A stretch of 64,000 bases of DNA from Candidatus Latescibacterota bacterium (GTDB lineage Bacteria; Latescibacterota; UBA2968; UBA8231), in NCBI GenBank assembly GCA_963422735.1, contig OY730476.1:3968001-4032000 (forward strand). Reading direction: 5' to 3'. A program made the position numbers and the translations under genes. Positions within the stretch are counted from its first letter, which is position 1. Each line of letters begins with the position of its first letter. The notes below the pieces were generated by a model. It was given only the letters and a program-made list of their open reading frames with translations, did not search any database and was not told where the DNA came from. Positions 40,004-50,854 of this stretch are shown piece by piece.

Positions 40004-40222
40004 ATGATGGCTGTGCTACGAGAGAAATTCTCCACGGAGTTGCTGGCCGCAGTGCGCGAAATTGCCCGCAAGGAAGGTCGTCATTTCCAAGCAGTGCTGG
40101 AAGAGGCTATGCGAGAATACATTGAAAACCGCGCTCAGGGAAAGCCCCGGGCTTTGGTTATGGCTCATTTCCAAACCAGTGTCGAGAAAAATCGTCGCCT
40201 AGGCAAAATGCTGGCCAAATGA
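40004..40222 (+). CDS. Ribbon-helix-helix type antitoxin (partner of the Doc-like toxin)
   Basis: REKFST...VREIARKEGRHFQAVLEEAMREYIE; GGGGAG RBS; ATGA overlap with the toxin gene. Confidence 0.75.
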   Translation: MMAVLREKFSTELLAAVREIARKEGRHFQAVLEEAMREYIENRAQGKPRALVMAHFQTSVEKNRRLGKMLAK

Positions 40223-40703
40223 CCCATGACTGCCCAACCATCGAGGAAGTCGTCGCCATGCACCACGCCCTGATTAGTGCTTTGGCGGCTCACTAGGCAT
40301 CCGCGATGAAGGTGCCCTCGCCTCCGCACTCAGGCACCCCCAGCTTGGATACTACGACGGGCTCATTCAAGAAGCGGCTGCCCTTATGGAGAGCCTAGCC
40401 AACAATCATGCATTCGTGGACGGGAATAAGCGGGTCGCCTTTTTCGTCACCGACACCTTTCTGCGCATGGACGGCCGCTTCATCAACTGCGACAACGATG
40501 AGGCATACGCCTTCTTCATGCGTTCGTTCCGATTCACCGAATTGAAAAGGTCGAACCCCTCTCGGGGTCTTGACAGCCTACGGACAGGAGCGCGGATAAG
40601 CCATTTTCCCACACCCATAAAAAAGTCGCTGAACTATTGCGACTGTTCTACTTCCCAAACGCGGCATTGGCGTCGTAAGGGCCCGTCAGAAGCTCCCTAC
40701 TGA
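40219..40703 (+). pseudogene. Fic/Doc family toxin, frameshifted
   Basis: MTHDCPTIEEVVAMHHALI, frameshift near 40280, then FGGSLGIRDEGALASAL...NHAFVDGNKR; the C-terminus also looks eroded. Confidence 0.85.
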
Positions 40704-41365
40704 GCACCCGACAATCCGCTGTCCTGAAATATGAGTTTTATGTCGTCGTATGAGAGAATCGTCTTCGCGCCGAGTTGCACCCTCGTCAGCGGGTTGCCCT
40801 TTAATTGCACGATCTCCTCGATAGACATGCCCAGCATGAGCTCTATCGTCTTTTCCGCGAGCTTTCAGCAAAGGCAAAGGCAAACATCTCCACCACGGTG
40901 GCCGGGTTGTACGCATCGGGATGCTTGTTGAATTTGAAGCGAACTTTTGTCTTGGAGCCGCCGGTTTCCTTGAGGTGAATCTCCATTTCGTCTTCTTCCA
41001 CCTTGGATTTTTCAATCGTTACCTTGGTCCCTCGTTTGTAGTGGCGAATGGATACGTCTTCCATATTGGCAGCTTCCAACCGCGCTTCTTCGGCAAAATC
41101 TTCCGCATCAGAAGACTGTATCTGTCTCGTACCGCCTAATGTCCCTCGATAAGAGACTTCTAGACCCGGGAGTATATTGGTAGCATCGGTACCACCAATC
41201 AGATGCTTGATGCTAACCACGCCAATCTTGAGGTAGAAATCCTTGCCCTTGACGGATTTGCAGAATGCTACGATGGCGGGCCTATCCGTTTGGGCTTCTG
41301 TCGCCACCGGGGCGGCCCCCCACGACGAGCAAGGCGATCACCAGCATGGGCATTAGTAATCTCAT
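40697..41365 (-). pseudogene. Secreted hypothetical protein with two frameshifts
   Basis: GGAGA RBS; signal peptide MRLLMPMLVIALLVVG is out of frame at a G6 tract (41316-21); second shift near 40860 into KTIELMLGMSIEEIVQLKGNP...IFQDSGLSGAQ*. Confidence 0.7.
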
Positions 41366-41446
41366 GTTCCATCTCCTTCATAAGTGTTGCCGCTTTCTTG
41401 CGGCGGTTAGTAAACGACAGGGGCTTCACGCCCCCATTCCAATCAT

Positions 41447-42358
41447 TCAACGCGCATACCCATCGGGATTGTCCCGGCGCCAATTGGGCTGGTAGCCTTC
41501 CTTGGCGTCAAATCCATACGACGGCCCGATCTGGTTTTCGGACTGCCAAGGCCAAGCCTGGCCGCCGATGATGCGGAACTGCTCGCCCTTACCGCAGAGC
41601 CAATAGAATATATGGGCATAGTAGCGCGCCGTGCCGTGCCCGCCGTAATACGCTCGCTGGAAATCGAAATCCTCCTCGACGATCCAATCGCGCCGCGGGG
41701 GTGCCGTGCGCCAGTAATTGTACTTGAGCATCCGGCGGAGACCTTTGGCGGTGGACTTGCCGCGGCGATGGAGGATACTTTGGTGATGGATGCCGATGGT
41801 GCCGGCCGGGCCGTCGCAAAACAGGCCCCCTTCTTCGCTGTTGCGGGATGCCGGTTGGATGTGCGAGCCAGGTACTAGCTCGGTCGGCCCTAACTCCACG
41901 GGCGTGTCTTGGGGAAAGTAGAAGACCTCCAAAAAGCGCAGCTCCGGGCCGAAGACGTGATCGGCGTCTTGGTGCCAGCCTTGGGCTTCCATTGGGCATT
42001 CGGCCCGGTGGTGGCTGGCTATGATCGGCAGGCCGACGTTGGGGCCTAAAAGCGAGCGCATGGCACCGGCTAACTGGGGATTGAGCAGGACGTGCTCGAT
42101 GAACCAGTTCTCCAAGAAGATGGAACTCGGCTCGTGGGTAAAGCGGATGCGGTCGAGGTCGGCCTCGGTCAGGCCGTCGGGGATGTAGCTCGGGTTGGCC
42201 GGAATATCGCCGTCGAGCCAAGCGCAGGTGCGCTGGTTGATCCCGTCGGGCACGACGCCTTTGAGCAAAAGGTGGCCCTCGCGGCAGAATTTGAGGACTT
42301 GGGAGTCGGTGAGCGTCGGCTCGCAGTCAAAGGTGCGCTGGCATGGGTCGTAGTGCAT
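41447..42358 (-). CDS. PhyH family dioxygenase
   Basis: WHQD, GPTELVPGSH, ILHRR; ATG 42358 after AGGAGA. Confidence 0.88.
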   Translation of the reverse strand: MHYDPCQRTFDCEPTLTDSQVLKFCREGHLLLKGVVPDGINQRTCAWLDGDIPANPSYIPDGLTEADLDRIRFTHEPSSIFLENWFIEHVLLNPQLAGAMRSLLGPNVGLPIIASHHRAECPMEAQGWHQDADHVFGPELRFLEVFYFPQDTPVELGPTELVPGSHIQPASRNSEEGGLFCDGPAGTIGIHHQSILHRRGKSTAKGLRRMLKYNYWRTAPPRRDWIVEEDFDFQRAYYGGHGTARYYAHIFYWLCGKGEQFRIIGGQAWPWQSENQIGPSYGFDAKEGYQPNWRRDNPDGYAR

Positions 42359-42520
42359 GGTCTTCTCCTGCGATAGTGGTGTCGTTTGTTTGACTAGCGG
42401 CCTGTTAACATGCATGAGCTAGCGCCTACAAGCTATCCAAATCCCGTCCATCCCGTCCACTAGGTTGCCTGCGCCATAAATAGTTATACTCTCGCTCAGC
42501 AAAATTAAACGGAGCAAATC

Positions 42521-44704
42521 ATGGCGGAATCAAAAAAAATAGCCAGCAGCGGATTGCACATCAATCAGCGGCTCTATGCCCTCATCGCCGAGCAGATCGC
42601 GCCCGGGACAGGAGTGGACATAGATCACTTTTGGGCGGCACTGGGGAAGATCGTACAGGACTTGGGGCCAAAGAATCAACAGCTACTTCAGCGCCGGGAC
42701 GCCTTGCAGGCCCAGATCGACGCCTATCACCAAGAGCGGCGCGGCGAGCCGTTGGATCCCATAGGTTACCGGGCCTTTCTCAAGGCGATCGGGTACTTGA
42801 TGCCCACGGGCGACGCACATCAGATCCGCACGGAAAACACCGACCCGGAAATCGCCTCGCTAGCCGGCCCCCAGCTAGTCGTGCCGGTTGACAATGCGCG
42901 CTACGCCCTCAACGCGGCGAATGCGCGCTGGGGTAGCTTGTACGACGCGCTCTACGGCACGGATGTGATTCTCAGCGAAGCGAGCGTAGAGTACAACGCC
43001 GAGCGCGGTGCCCAAGTCATCGCGCATAGCGAGGCATTCCTCGACGCGGTCGCGGGTCTCCAACAGGGTGCGTACCGGGAGGTGGTGGAGTTTTTTTTGC
43101 GCGAGGACGCTGGCGGGCAAACCTTGTGCGCCCGCCTCGCAAGCGGCGACGCGGTCGGCCTCAAAGACGCTGGACAGTTCGTCGGCTATGGGTGCGAGGC
43201 AGATCGGCTGAGCAGCGTCTTGCTCCGCCACAATGGGTTGCACATCGAAATCCAGATTGATCGCACCCATCCCATTGGGCGAACCCACCGCGCCGGCGTC
43301 AAAGACGTGCTCTTAGAAGCGGCTATTACCACCATCCAAGACTGCGAGGATTCCGTGGCCGCGGTCGATGCTGAGGACAAGGTCCTCGTCTATGGCAACT
43401 GGAACGGCCTAATGCAGGGCACACTAGAGGCAACCTTTGTCAAGGACGGGCAGACCCTGACGCGCCGCCTGTGCGCCGACCGCCCATTTACCGCACCCAA
43501 CGGCCACACCTTGACGCTATCCGGGCGCAGCTTGTTGCTAGTGCGCCACGTCGGCATCCACATGTACACAGATGCGGTGACCACAGCCGACGGCGCGGAA
43601 ATCCCCGAGGGCTTTCTCGACGCCATGGTCATCAGCTTAGCGGCGATCCACGACCTCAAGGGCCGCGGCTGCTACCGCAACAGCAAGACCGGCAGCGTCT
43701 ATGCGGTGAAGCCCAAACAGCACGGGCCGGACGAAGTGGCAGCAACGGTCGAGCTATTCGCACGAGTGGAGGAGGCATTAGGGCTAAGTAAAAACACCGT
43801 GAAGATCGGCATTATGGACGAGGAACGCCGCACCACGGTCAATCTCAGCGAGTGCATCCGCTGCGCCGCCGAGCGCGTCGTCTTTATCAACACCGGCTTT
43901 CTCGACCGGACTGGGGACGAGATCCACACCAGCATGGAGTTGGGTCCCATGTTGCCCAAGATGGAAATCAAAAACCAGCCTTGGCTCAGTGCTTATGAGG
44001 ACTGGAATGTGGATGTCGGCATAGCAACCGGCTTGGTGGGAAGGGCGCAGATTGGCAAGGGCATGTGGACGATGCCCGAACGGATGCGCGAGATGGTAGA
44101 GACCAAGATAGGCCACCCCCAAGCTGGGGCGACGACCGCTTGGGTGCCCTCGCCCACGGCGGCTACCCTGCACGCGCTGCACTACCACCAAGTCGATGTC
44201 TTTGAGCGCCTCGGCCATCTAGCCGGGCGGGAGCAGGCCTCGCTCGGCGCGATTCTCAGCCCTCCGGTGCTCAATCGCCAGCTCAGCCCCGAGGAGATCC
44301 AGCAGGAGCTAGACAACAACGCCCAAGGGATTTTGGGCTACGTAGTGCGCTGGGTCGGGCAAGGCATAGGCTGCTCCAAGGTGCCGGACATCACTCACAT
44401 CGGCCTGATGGAAGATCGCGCCACCTTGCGAATTTCCAGCCAGCACATCGCCAACTGGCTGCATCACAAAATCGCCAGCGAGGAACAAGTGCGGGCGACC
44501 TTTGCGCGCATGGCGGCTGTGGTCGATGCACAAAACAGCGGCGACTCGGCGTACTGCCCCATGACACCCGACCTCGACGCCAGCGTCGAATTCCAAGCGG
44601 CGCTGGACTTGGTACTCAACGGCCGCACCGAACCAAACGGATATACGGAAAACGTGTTGCACAGGCGGCGCAGAGAAGTGAAGGCCGCCCGACGAATCGC
44701 CTAG
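42521..44704 (+). CDS. glcB: Malate synthase G
   Basis: [59 protein letters not shown]. Confidence 0.98.
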   Translation: MAESKKIASSGLHINQRLYALIAEQIAPGTGVDIDHFWAALGKIVQDLGPKNQQLLQRRDALQAQIDAYHQERRGEPLDPIGYRAFLKAIGYLMPTGDAHQIRTENTDPEIASLAGPQLVVPVDNARYALNAANARWGSLYDALYGTDVILSEASVEYNAERGAQVIAHSEAFLDAVAGLQQGAYREVVEFFLREDAGGQTLCARLASGDAVGLKDAGQFVGYGCEADRLSSVLLRHNGLHIEIQIDRTHPIGRTHRAGVKDVLLEAAITTIQDCEDSVAAVDAEDKVLVYGNWNGLMQGTLEATFVKDGQTLTRRLCADRPFTAPNGHTLTLSGRSLLLVRHVGIHMYTDAVTTADGAEIPEGFLDAMVISLAAIHDLKGRGCYRNSKTGSVYAVKPKQHGPDEVAATVELFARVEEALGLSKNTVKIGIMDEERRTTVNLSECIRCAAERVVFINTGFLDRTGDEIHTSMELGPMLPKMEIKNQPWLSAYEDWNVDVGIATGLVGRAQIGKGMWTMPERMREMVETKIGHPQAGATTAWVPSPTAATLHALHYHQVDVFERLGHLAGREQASLGAILSPPVLNRQLSPEEIQQELDNNAQGILGYVVRWVGQGIGCSKVPDITHIGLMEDRATLRISSQHIANWLHHKIASEEQVRATFARMAAVVDAQNSGDSAYCPMTPDLDASVEFQAALDLVLNGRTEPNGYTENVLHRRRREVKAARRIA

Positions 44705-44722
44705 AATTCAAGGAGACGACAG

Positions 44723-45508
44723 ATGGACAAGCTTTACTCGCTGCCTTCAGGCAGTGCATCACGCGCAAAAGTCGCCCTCGTCACGGGTGCCGGCAGCGGC
44801 ATTGGTCGCCACAGTGCCTTGGCGTTGGCCGAGGCCGGCTATGCGGTTGCCCTAGCAGGACGGCGTCAAGATGCCTTAGAGGAAACGGCTGCTCTGGCGG
44901 GAACGGACGCCCGTATGTTGCCGGTATCCACCGACGTCGGCGATCCCGAGGCAGTCACCGCGCTGTTTGCCCAAGTCGCCGAGCACTTTGGCCGGCTCGA
45001 CGTGCTTTTCAACAACGCCGGGGCTGGAGCACCGGCCGTGCTATTGGAAGACCTCGAATACGAACAGTGGCAGAAGGTCGTCGCCGTCAATTTGACGGGA
45101 GCCTTCCTCTGCACCCAAGCGGCCTTCCGCATTATGAAGAAGCAAGACCCGCGCGGGGGCCGAATCATCAACAACGGCTCGGTCTCAGCTGCGGCCCCGC
45201 GTCCCAACTCCGCCCCCTATACTGCGACCAAACACGCCATTACCGGACTCACCAAATCGACCTCGCTCGATGGGCGCAAATACGACATCGCCTGCGGTCA
45301 GATCGACATTGGCAACGCGGCGACCGATATGACGCAACGGATGAGCGACGGCGTGCCGCAGGCCGATGGCTCCAAGCTCGTCGAGCCGCGCTTTGACGTC
45401 GAACACGTGGCCCGCGCCGTAGTGCAGATGGCCGAGCTGCCGCTGGATACCAATGTGCTGTTTATGACGATTATGGCGACGAAAATGCCGTTTGTCGGGC
45501 GAGGTTAG
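44723..45508 (+). CDS. SDR family oxidoreductase
   Basis: [17 protein letters not shown]. Confidence 0.94.
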   Translation: MDKLYSLPSGSASRAKVALVTGAGSGIGRHSALALAEAGYAVALAGRRQDALEETAALAGTDARMLPVSTDVGDPEAVTALFAQVAEHFGRLDVLFNNAGAGAPAVLLEDLEYEQWQKVVAVNLTGAFLCTQAAFRIMKKQDPRGGRIINNGSVSAAAPRPNSAPYTATKHAITGLTKSTSLDGRKYDIACGQIDIGNAATDMTQRMSDGVPQADGSKLVEPRFDVEHVARAVVQMAELPLDTNVLFMTIMATKMPFVGRG

Positions 45509-45519
45509 AAGCGACCGCC

Positions 45520-46254
45520 ATGAACATTGACGACGCTAAGGCCCATATCGGTGAATACGGGTACGCCGTGCTCAAACGCGCCCTAACTCCCGATCAGGCC
45601 AACGCCCTGCGAGATCGCTCGGCTGAGCTGATTGCAACGGAGCGGGCCGATAGCGGGGAGCACATCTACCTCGACGGCCGTGCGCAGCGAGTGTGGAACC
45701 TAGTCAACAAGGGCCGCATTTACGAGGAGATGATCCAGCTCCCGCAAGTACTCGCGCTCCAGGAGCACCTGTTGGGCGACAACTGTATCTTGAGCAGCTT
45801 CACCGTCAATCTCATCGGCCCGGGTGCGCCAGCCGGCCGCCTGCACATCGACTTTCCGCTGGGCAGCTTTCCCCAGCCGCCGCCAGCCATTGCCCTCTGC
45901 GCCAATACCATCTACGTGCTCGACGACTTCGCGCCTGAAAACGGAGCCACGCAGATCGTGCCGGGTAGCTATAGGCGCGGGTGTCCGCCCGACCCAGAAA
46001 AAGAGTACGACGACGTCATCCAGCTAGACGTCCAAAAAGGCGATATTGTCGTCTTCCACGGCGCGACGTGGCACGGCAGCGGTGCCAATCACACCCAGCA
46101 AGAGCGGATGATTCTGTTGGGATTTTTCTGCCGCTCGTTTATAAAGCCGCAGCAGGATCAGTTCAAGCTGGTGCGCCCCGAGGTCGTCGCACGGGCGACG
46201 CCGACCTTGAAGCGATTGCTCGGATTCGAAGCGCAGTCGGGAATGCGAACGTAG
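45520..46254 (+). CDS. PhyH family dioxygenase
   Basis: LHID, ENGATQIVPGS, WHGSGAN. Confidence 0.9.
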   Translation: MNIDDAKAHIGEYGYAVLKRALTPDQANALRDRSAELIATERADSGEHIYLDGRAQRVWNLVNKGRIYEEMIQLPQVLALQEHLLGDNCILSSFTVNLIGPGAPAGRLHIDFPLGSFPQPPPAIALCANTIYVLDDFAPENGATQIVPGSYRRGCPPDPEKEYDDVIQLDVQKGDIVVFHGATWHGSGANHTQQERMILLGFFCRSFIKPQQDQFKLVRPEVVARATPTLKRLLGFEAQSGMRT

Positions 46255-46258
46255 GCCA

Positions 46259-47650
46259 ATGAATTGCCCGGCACTCGACCATCGCAAGCGCCTCTTCGTC
46301 GATATGGACGATGTCGAGCGCCAAGAAAACGTGGAACGGATATTCCACCAAGCGGAGAAGTACAGTACGCATCCCGTGCTCAAACAGGAAGCACCGTGGG
46401 AAAAGCACGGCGGCATGACCGCGGCGGTGATTTTCGACGCAGAGGAACAAATTTTCAAGGCGTGGTACATGGCCGGCCACTATGCGCCAGGGTGCGAACA
46501 CGTGCAATGCCTCGCGCTTTCGCCAAACGGGATCCACTGGGAGCGCCCCTCCCTCGGAATCCACGAGGCTCTCGGCTCAAAGGACAACAACATCGTCATC
46601 CCCGCGACCCACCACGAGGGGCAGGACCACTGGGAGACCATGCTCAAGGACCCCCTCGACCCGGATCCCGCTCGCCGCTACAAGGCCATCGGCTGGTCGA
46701 GCTACGACTGGGACGGCCCGCGCTCGGGCATGTACAGTGCCACTTCGCCGGACGGGATCCATTGGTCGCATTCGCCGGATCCGATTTTTCGCTTTCATCC
46801 GCGGCCCGGCACCTGCGACTTGGGCCCGGTCGGGGACGCGCAGTCGATGATGGTGGATACCGAGCGTCGGTGCTACGTGGCCTTTTTACGCGGTGTGCCC
46901 GAGCGGCTGATGAGCACGAGCGAGGACTTCTTCTACTGGTCGCCGCCGCGGCCCTTCTTGGCACCGCTCAACGAAGAAGAGGCCCTGTACAACAACACCG
47001 GCTTCAACTACGGTGCGCACTACTTAGGCATCTTGACCCATTTCGACAAACGCCCGCGGCAACAGACCCAAGTCCTGCGGCTTTTGTGCAGCCGCGACGG
47101 GGAGCACTGGCATCGGGTACCGGGGAAGCCATTGGTGGGTTTGGGTGCAGTGGGCGAATGGGACCGGTTCCAGCTACTACTCAGCGGTGCGCCGCCGATT
47201 GCCGTGGGCGACAAGCTCTATATCTACTATCGGGGCACGGCTCGGCGGCACGCCAAGGTCCCGCGCGAATTCGATCCACCGATTGCAGCCGATCAGCACG
47301 TGGGGACGATGGGCATTGGCTTGGCCATGCTGCGCCTCGACGGCTTCGCGTCGCTCAATGCCAGTTTTGACGGCGGGCAGATAACGACTCGGCTTTTTGC
47401 GTTGGCCGGGGACGAATTGCAAGTCAACGTCAAAGCAGATTACGGGCAGCTAACCGTCGAAGTGCTCGACGAGAAAGGACAGCCCATTCCCGGTCATACC
47501 GCCCAAGACTGCGTCGCCATCGCCGAGGACGAGGTCGCCGTGCCGGTGCGCTGGCGCAATGGCCGGGATTTGAACGAATTGCGAGGACAGCCGGTACGCC
47601 TGCGTTTCTCACTGCACAACGCTCGCCTGTACTCCTACTGGTGTTCGTAG
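46259..47650 (+). CDS. Putative five-bladed beta-propeller glycoside hydrolase-like protein
   Basis: SPNGIHW, SPDGIHW and SRDGEHW repeats; LRLDGFASL; LRFSL...LYSY tail. Confidence 0.7.
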   Translation: MNCPALDHRKRLFVDMDDVERQENVERIFHQAEKYSTHPVLKQEAPWEKHGGMTAAVIFDAEEQIFKAWYMAGHYAPGCEHVQCLALSPNGIHWERPSLGIHEALGSKDNNIVIPATHHEGQDHWETMLKDPLDPDPARRYKAIGWSSYDWDGPRSGMYSATSPDGIHWSHSPDPIFRFHPRPGTCDLGPVGDAQSMMVDTERRCYVAFLRGVPERLMSTSEDFFYWSPPRPFLAPLNEEEALYNNTGFNYGAHYLGILTHFDKRPRQQTQVLRLLCSRDGEHWHRVPGKPLVGLGAVGEWDRFQLLLSGAPPIAVGDKLYIYYRGTARRHAKVPREFDPPIAADQHVGTMGIGLAMLRLDGFASLNASFDGGQITTRLFALAGDELQVNVKADYGQLTVEVLDEKGQPIPGHTAQDCVAIAEDEVAVPVRWRNGRDLNELRGQPVRLRFSLHNARLYSYWCS

Positions 47651-47712
47651 CTTTTGGCCCGTCGCGACTTCGACCATTCAAAAGACGCTGCAACTTCAAC
47701 GACAGGAAAACT

Positions 47713-48067
47713 ATGTGCATTGACCAGATGAACTACTACCAGCGCAAGCTCGCTTATGAAATGGATTCGTGGGAGATCTACGTAGCGGTGGGCGAGAACG
47801 AACCCATCACCGCTGTCGATGGCCGTATGTCCAAGAGCATATTCCGGGTGCATTCAATCTGCCCCACAGGGAAATCTGCTTCAATTCCACTGAGTCGCTC
47901 GACAAATCGAAGGTCTATGTCTGCTACTGCAACGCCTCAACCAAGACAGCGCTGAAGCTGCTGACGCTGGGATTTCAGGTGCGCGAACTGATCGGCGGAA
48001 GCGCGACGGCTACGCCACCGCCGGCGACAAGGCGCAGTCCGGGACTGAGATCAAATGCGGATGCTGA
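47713..48067 (+). pseudogene. Rhodanese-like protein, decayed
   Basis: YYQRKLAYEMDSW, then shifted EHIPGAFNLPHR...VCYCNASTK...ELIGG, then shifted KRDGY...IKCGC*. Confidence 0.8.
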
Positions 48068-48096
48068 GCTATAAACTCAAGGCTTGACGGCAGACA

Positions 48097-48498
48097 CTAG
48101 CCGCAAAACGCTGCCATAGAAATCGCTGTCGCGGGGAACGTTTTAAGTATGCGCTTATCTTCGGTGACGCAGTATGTGTTCAAGCTGTGCGCCAATGCAA
48201 TGTATTGGGCGTCGTAGGCCGAGACGCCGCTTTCAATAGCTAGCTTGAGCGACGTGGCTCCATCTATATCTCTTTCAGCCTGAAGCAATAAACCCCGTCC
48301 CGTGTGCCACAGCCTTTCGGCCTGTCGTGCCTTGATGATCTCGGCCCGTGCGGCAGTGGCCAGCACATTGAGGAATTCATATCGCCAGAGTGAGGGGACT
48401 CTCCAGTCTGGATCCTTCTGGGCTACTTGCTACGCCAGAGCTGTCTTGTCGCCTTCTATGAGCGCATAGGCGATGACATTAGTATCGACGACGATCAA
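48097..48498 (-). pseudogene. VapC/PIN toxin with an in-frame amber stop
   Basis: TTG start MIVVDTNVIAY; TAG at 48430-32; WRYEFLNVL, SAYDAQY, VTED. Confidence 0.88.
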
Positions 48499-48713
48499 GG
48501 ACGACCTTCTTTAATGCCTTTAGAAAGAATAGTTTGTGTGAGAGGTTTGGCTGTCTTAATCGGGGCGGGCAGGTCGAGCTTCGCAGACTTTTCGAGGCTG
48601 TTTTCTATAAGTGCCAACGCATGGCGAGCCATGGAGCAGTGATGCTTGGCGGCATCCTCTTTGAGGCGGCGATGCAGGTCGGCGGGGACTTTCTTGATGA
48701 GTATATCGGGCAT
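48495..48713 (-). CDS. FitA/VapB-like RHH antitoxin
   Basis: ILIKKVPADLHRRLKEDAAKHHCSM; 4-nt overlap with the toxin. Confidence 0.85.
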   Translation of the reverse strand: MPDILIKKVPADLHRRLKEDAAKHHCSMARHALALIENSLEKSAKLDLPAPIKTAKPLTQTILSKGIKEGRP

Positions 48714-48810
48714 TTGTGCAGCTCCATTTTGGTAGCATTTTGCTATAAAAATACTATCTCGTCAAAATGGATCAAGCGCAAGGCTCGACGGCTAGCGGAT
48801 TGGCAACAAG

Positions 48811-48844
48811 AAAACCCCAGGTCAATGAAGCCAACCTGGGGTTT
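48811..48844 (-). terminator. Intrinsic terminator after tRNA-Glu
   Basis: AAACCCCAGGT...ACCTGGGGTTT stem with a T-rich tail on the minus strand. Confidence 0.8.
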
Positions 48845-48849
48845 AATAA

Positions 48850-48925
48850 TGGTAGCCCGTACGGGATTCGAACCCGTGTTACCGGCGTGAGAGGCCGGCG
48901 TCCTAGGCCTCTAGACGAACGGGCC
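48850..48925 (-). tRNA. tRNA-Glu (anticodon CTC)
   Basis: 76-nt cloverleaf GGCCCGTTCGTCTAGAGGCCTAGGAC...CCGGC-CTCTCAC-GCCGG...GGTTCGAATCC...CTACCA with encoded CCA. Confidence 0.98.
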
Positions 48926-48954
48926 AAAGTTCGTTTTTAGCCTAACAGTTTCAA

Positions 48955-48983
48955 AAAATAGAATTCTCAAACCGTATTGTCAA
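48955..48983 (-). promoter_or_regulatory. Putative sigma70 promoter of tRNA-Glu
   Basis: TTGACA-N17-TATTTT on the minus strand. Confidence 0.7.
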
Positions 48984-49002
48984 GGTGCTGCGGCCGAGCC
49001 GT

Positions 49003-49031
49003 TTGACAGTCGCGGATCGGCGTGGTACTGT
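49003..49031 (+). promoter_or_regulatory. Putative sigma70 promoter of the amidohydrolase-PhyH pair
   Basis: TTGACA-N17-TACTGT with TGn extended -10. Confidence 0.65.
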
Positions 49032-49055
49032 TGCTCTGCACGAGGAGACGGCCCG

Positions 49056-49892
49056 ATGATCGTCGAGTGGAATGCCCACATTTTCAGCCCCGATACCCAG
49101 CGCTATCCCTTGCATCCCAAGGCGGCCTACCGGCCGGATGTTTCCGTGCATTCCCCAGACCCGTTGGGAGCCTATTTGCAGCACATGGCCGATGCAGAGA
49201 TCAACCGGGCCGTCGTCGTCCATCCCGAGCCGTATGGGGACGACCACCGGCTGATACTCGAATGCCTAAAGCGCGAGCCGGAGCGGCTGCGGGGCACGTC
49301 GCTATTTTATCCCAACGATCCAGACGCGCCCCAGAAGTTGGCCGAGTTGGTCGCTCGCGAGCCCAAAATCATCGCCACGCGCTTCCACGCACACCGAGGC
49401 AAGGAGCTGTATCTCGACAGCTTCAACGACAAAGGAGTGCGCGCCCTGTGGGAAAAGGCGGTGGAGTTGGGCTTGATCGTCGAATTGCACATCGGACCTA
49501 ATTACGGTGTCCAAGTCGCCCAAGTCTTGCGCGACATCCCCCAGACGGTGGTGCTGATCGACCACTTGGCCGAGCCGCATCTGGGCAGCGCGGTCGAATA
49601 CGCCGACATACTGGAGCTGGGCCGTGCTGACGCCGAGGTCTATATGAAGCTCTCCGGCCTTGGCCACTTTGCGCAAGACGCGCCTCTATACGAAAGTGCC
49701 AAGCCCTTTACGCAGCGCGTGATCGAAGCCTTCGGGCCGGAGCGCATGGTCTGGGGCAGCGGCGCACCGGCGATTGTCGATGCACATCTAGCGGGCTACT
49801 CAGCGGCCGAGCGTGCGCTGGTAAAGGGGGGCAACTTGGCTGGGTGGTTCAACAAACGAGGAGAAACACGTGAACGAAATCGAAACCTTTGA
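49056..49892 (+). CDS. Amidohydrolase_2 family protein
   Basis: NAHIF, RFHAH, LIDHLAEP, MKLSG, FGPERMVWGS. Confidence 0.88.
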   Translation: MIVEWNAHIFSPDTQRYPLHPKAAYRPDVSVHSPDPLGAYLQHMADAEINRAVVVHPEPYGDDHRLILECLKREPERLRGTSLFYPNDPDAPQKLAELVAREPKIIATRFHAHRGKELYLDSFNDKGVRALWEKAVELGLIVELHIGPNYGVQVAQVLRDIPQTVVLIDHLAEPHLGSAVEYADILELGRADAEVYMKLSGLGHFAQDAPLYESAKPFTQRVIEAFGPERMVWGSGAPAIVDAHLAGYSAAERALVKGGNLAGWFNKRGETRERNRNL

Positions 49893-50694
49893 ATTCGATC
49901 GCCAGGGTTATATCGTCATTGAGAGCCTGCTGAACGAGGCCCAAGTGGCCGCGTTGGCCGAGGCCGTTGATGAGTTGGAAGAACACGCGCTCGCGCATGT
50001 CGCCCAGCCGCCGCGCAAGCAAAGCGGCTGGGGAGCCGATTACCACGCCAATCCCGAGCGCGGCTATCACGCCAACGGCGAGCGGGCCGAGGGCAAGACC
50101 CTCATCATCGAAGATTACTGGAACGCCAACCCGGCCTTTGACATTTTGCTCGACCACCAGCCGACGATGAACTATATCCGCGGCATCGTCAAACAGCGGC
50201 CGACGATCAACAACTCCGAAATCCGCATCCGCTACCAAGGCAACGCCACCGGCTGCCACGGCGGCACCATCTCGGCCAGCCAAAAGTACCGCTATAGCTA
50301 CACCGAGCACGGCATCGACTGCATGATGGTGCGGATGGTCTATTTCATCCACGATTGCACCAACGAGCAGGGGGCCTTTTGCGTGGTACCGGGGACGCAC
50401 AAGACCAATCTGCCCTCGCCCCACAGCAACGACCCGGACGAAGACCCGGACATGATCGGGCTAGAGGTCAAGGCCGGAGACGCGATCCTGTTCACCGAGA
50501 ATTTGCGCCACGGCGGTTTCACCAACCGCTCTGAGCAGACGCGCAAGACCCTGCACGTGGGCTACGGGCCGCATTGGATGATGTCGCAAAACATCGCCAC
50601 CATGGACGAAAAGCAGCATATCAATCCAGAAACGTTCGCCCGCCTCACAGCAGCGCAGCGAGATTTGTTCCGGGCCTATCCCCGCGAAAGCTGA
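49870..50694 (+). CDS. PhyH family dioxygenase
   Basis: FEFDRQGY, GAFCVVPGTHK, AGDAILFTENLRHG; GAGGAG RBS. Confidence 0.88.
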   Translation: MNEIETFEFDRQGYIVIESLLNEAQVAALAEAVDELEEHALAHVAQPPRKQSGWGADYHANPERGYHANGERAEGKTLIIEDYWNANPAFDILLDHQPTMNYIRGIVKQRPTINNSEIRIRYQGNATGCHGGTISASQKYRYSYTEHGIDCMMVRMVYFIHDCTNEQGAFCVVPGTHKTNLPSPHSNDPDEDPDMIGLEVKAGDAILFTENLRHGGFTNRSEQTRKTLHVGYGPHWMMSQNIATMDEKQHINPETFARLTAAQRDLFRAYPRES

Positions 50695-50854
50695 TTCCTA
50701 ACTGATGTTGCGCCCTAGCGTGGCCGGGAGCGTACCGAGCAAAGAGCGCGGCGTGGCTGCTGGACCGGGTGATGCGGCAGGGACTTACTCCTCACTCTGA
50801 TCGCGAACCACGAACCGCGAATCACGCTTCATACCAAGTGCGTAACGTCAGTTC

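Noticed and set aside
46264-47370. 368-aa alternate-frame ORF and many similar shadow ORFs
   Set aside because: Arg/Pro/Ala-rich by-products of high GC that overlap well-supported genes and have no motifs.
48097-48925. tRNA-Glu as attachment site of an integrated element
   Set aside because: No integrase and no convincing duplicate of the tRNA 3' end were seen.
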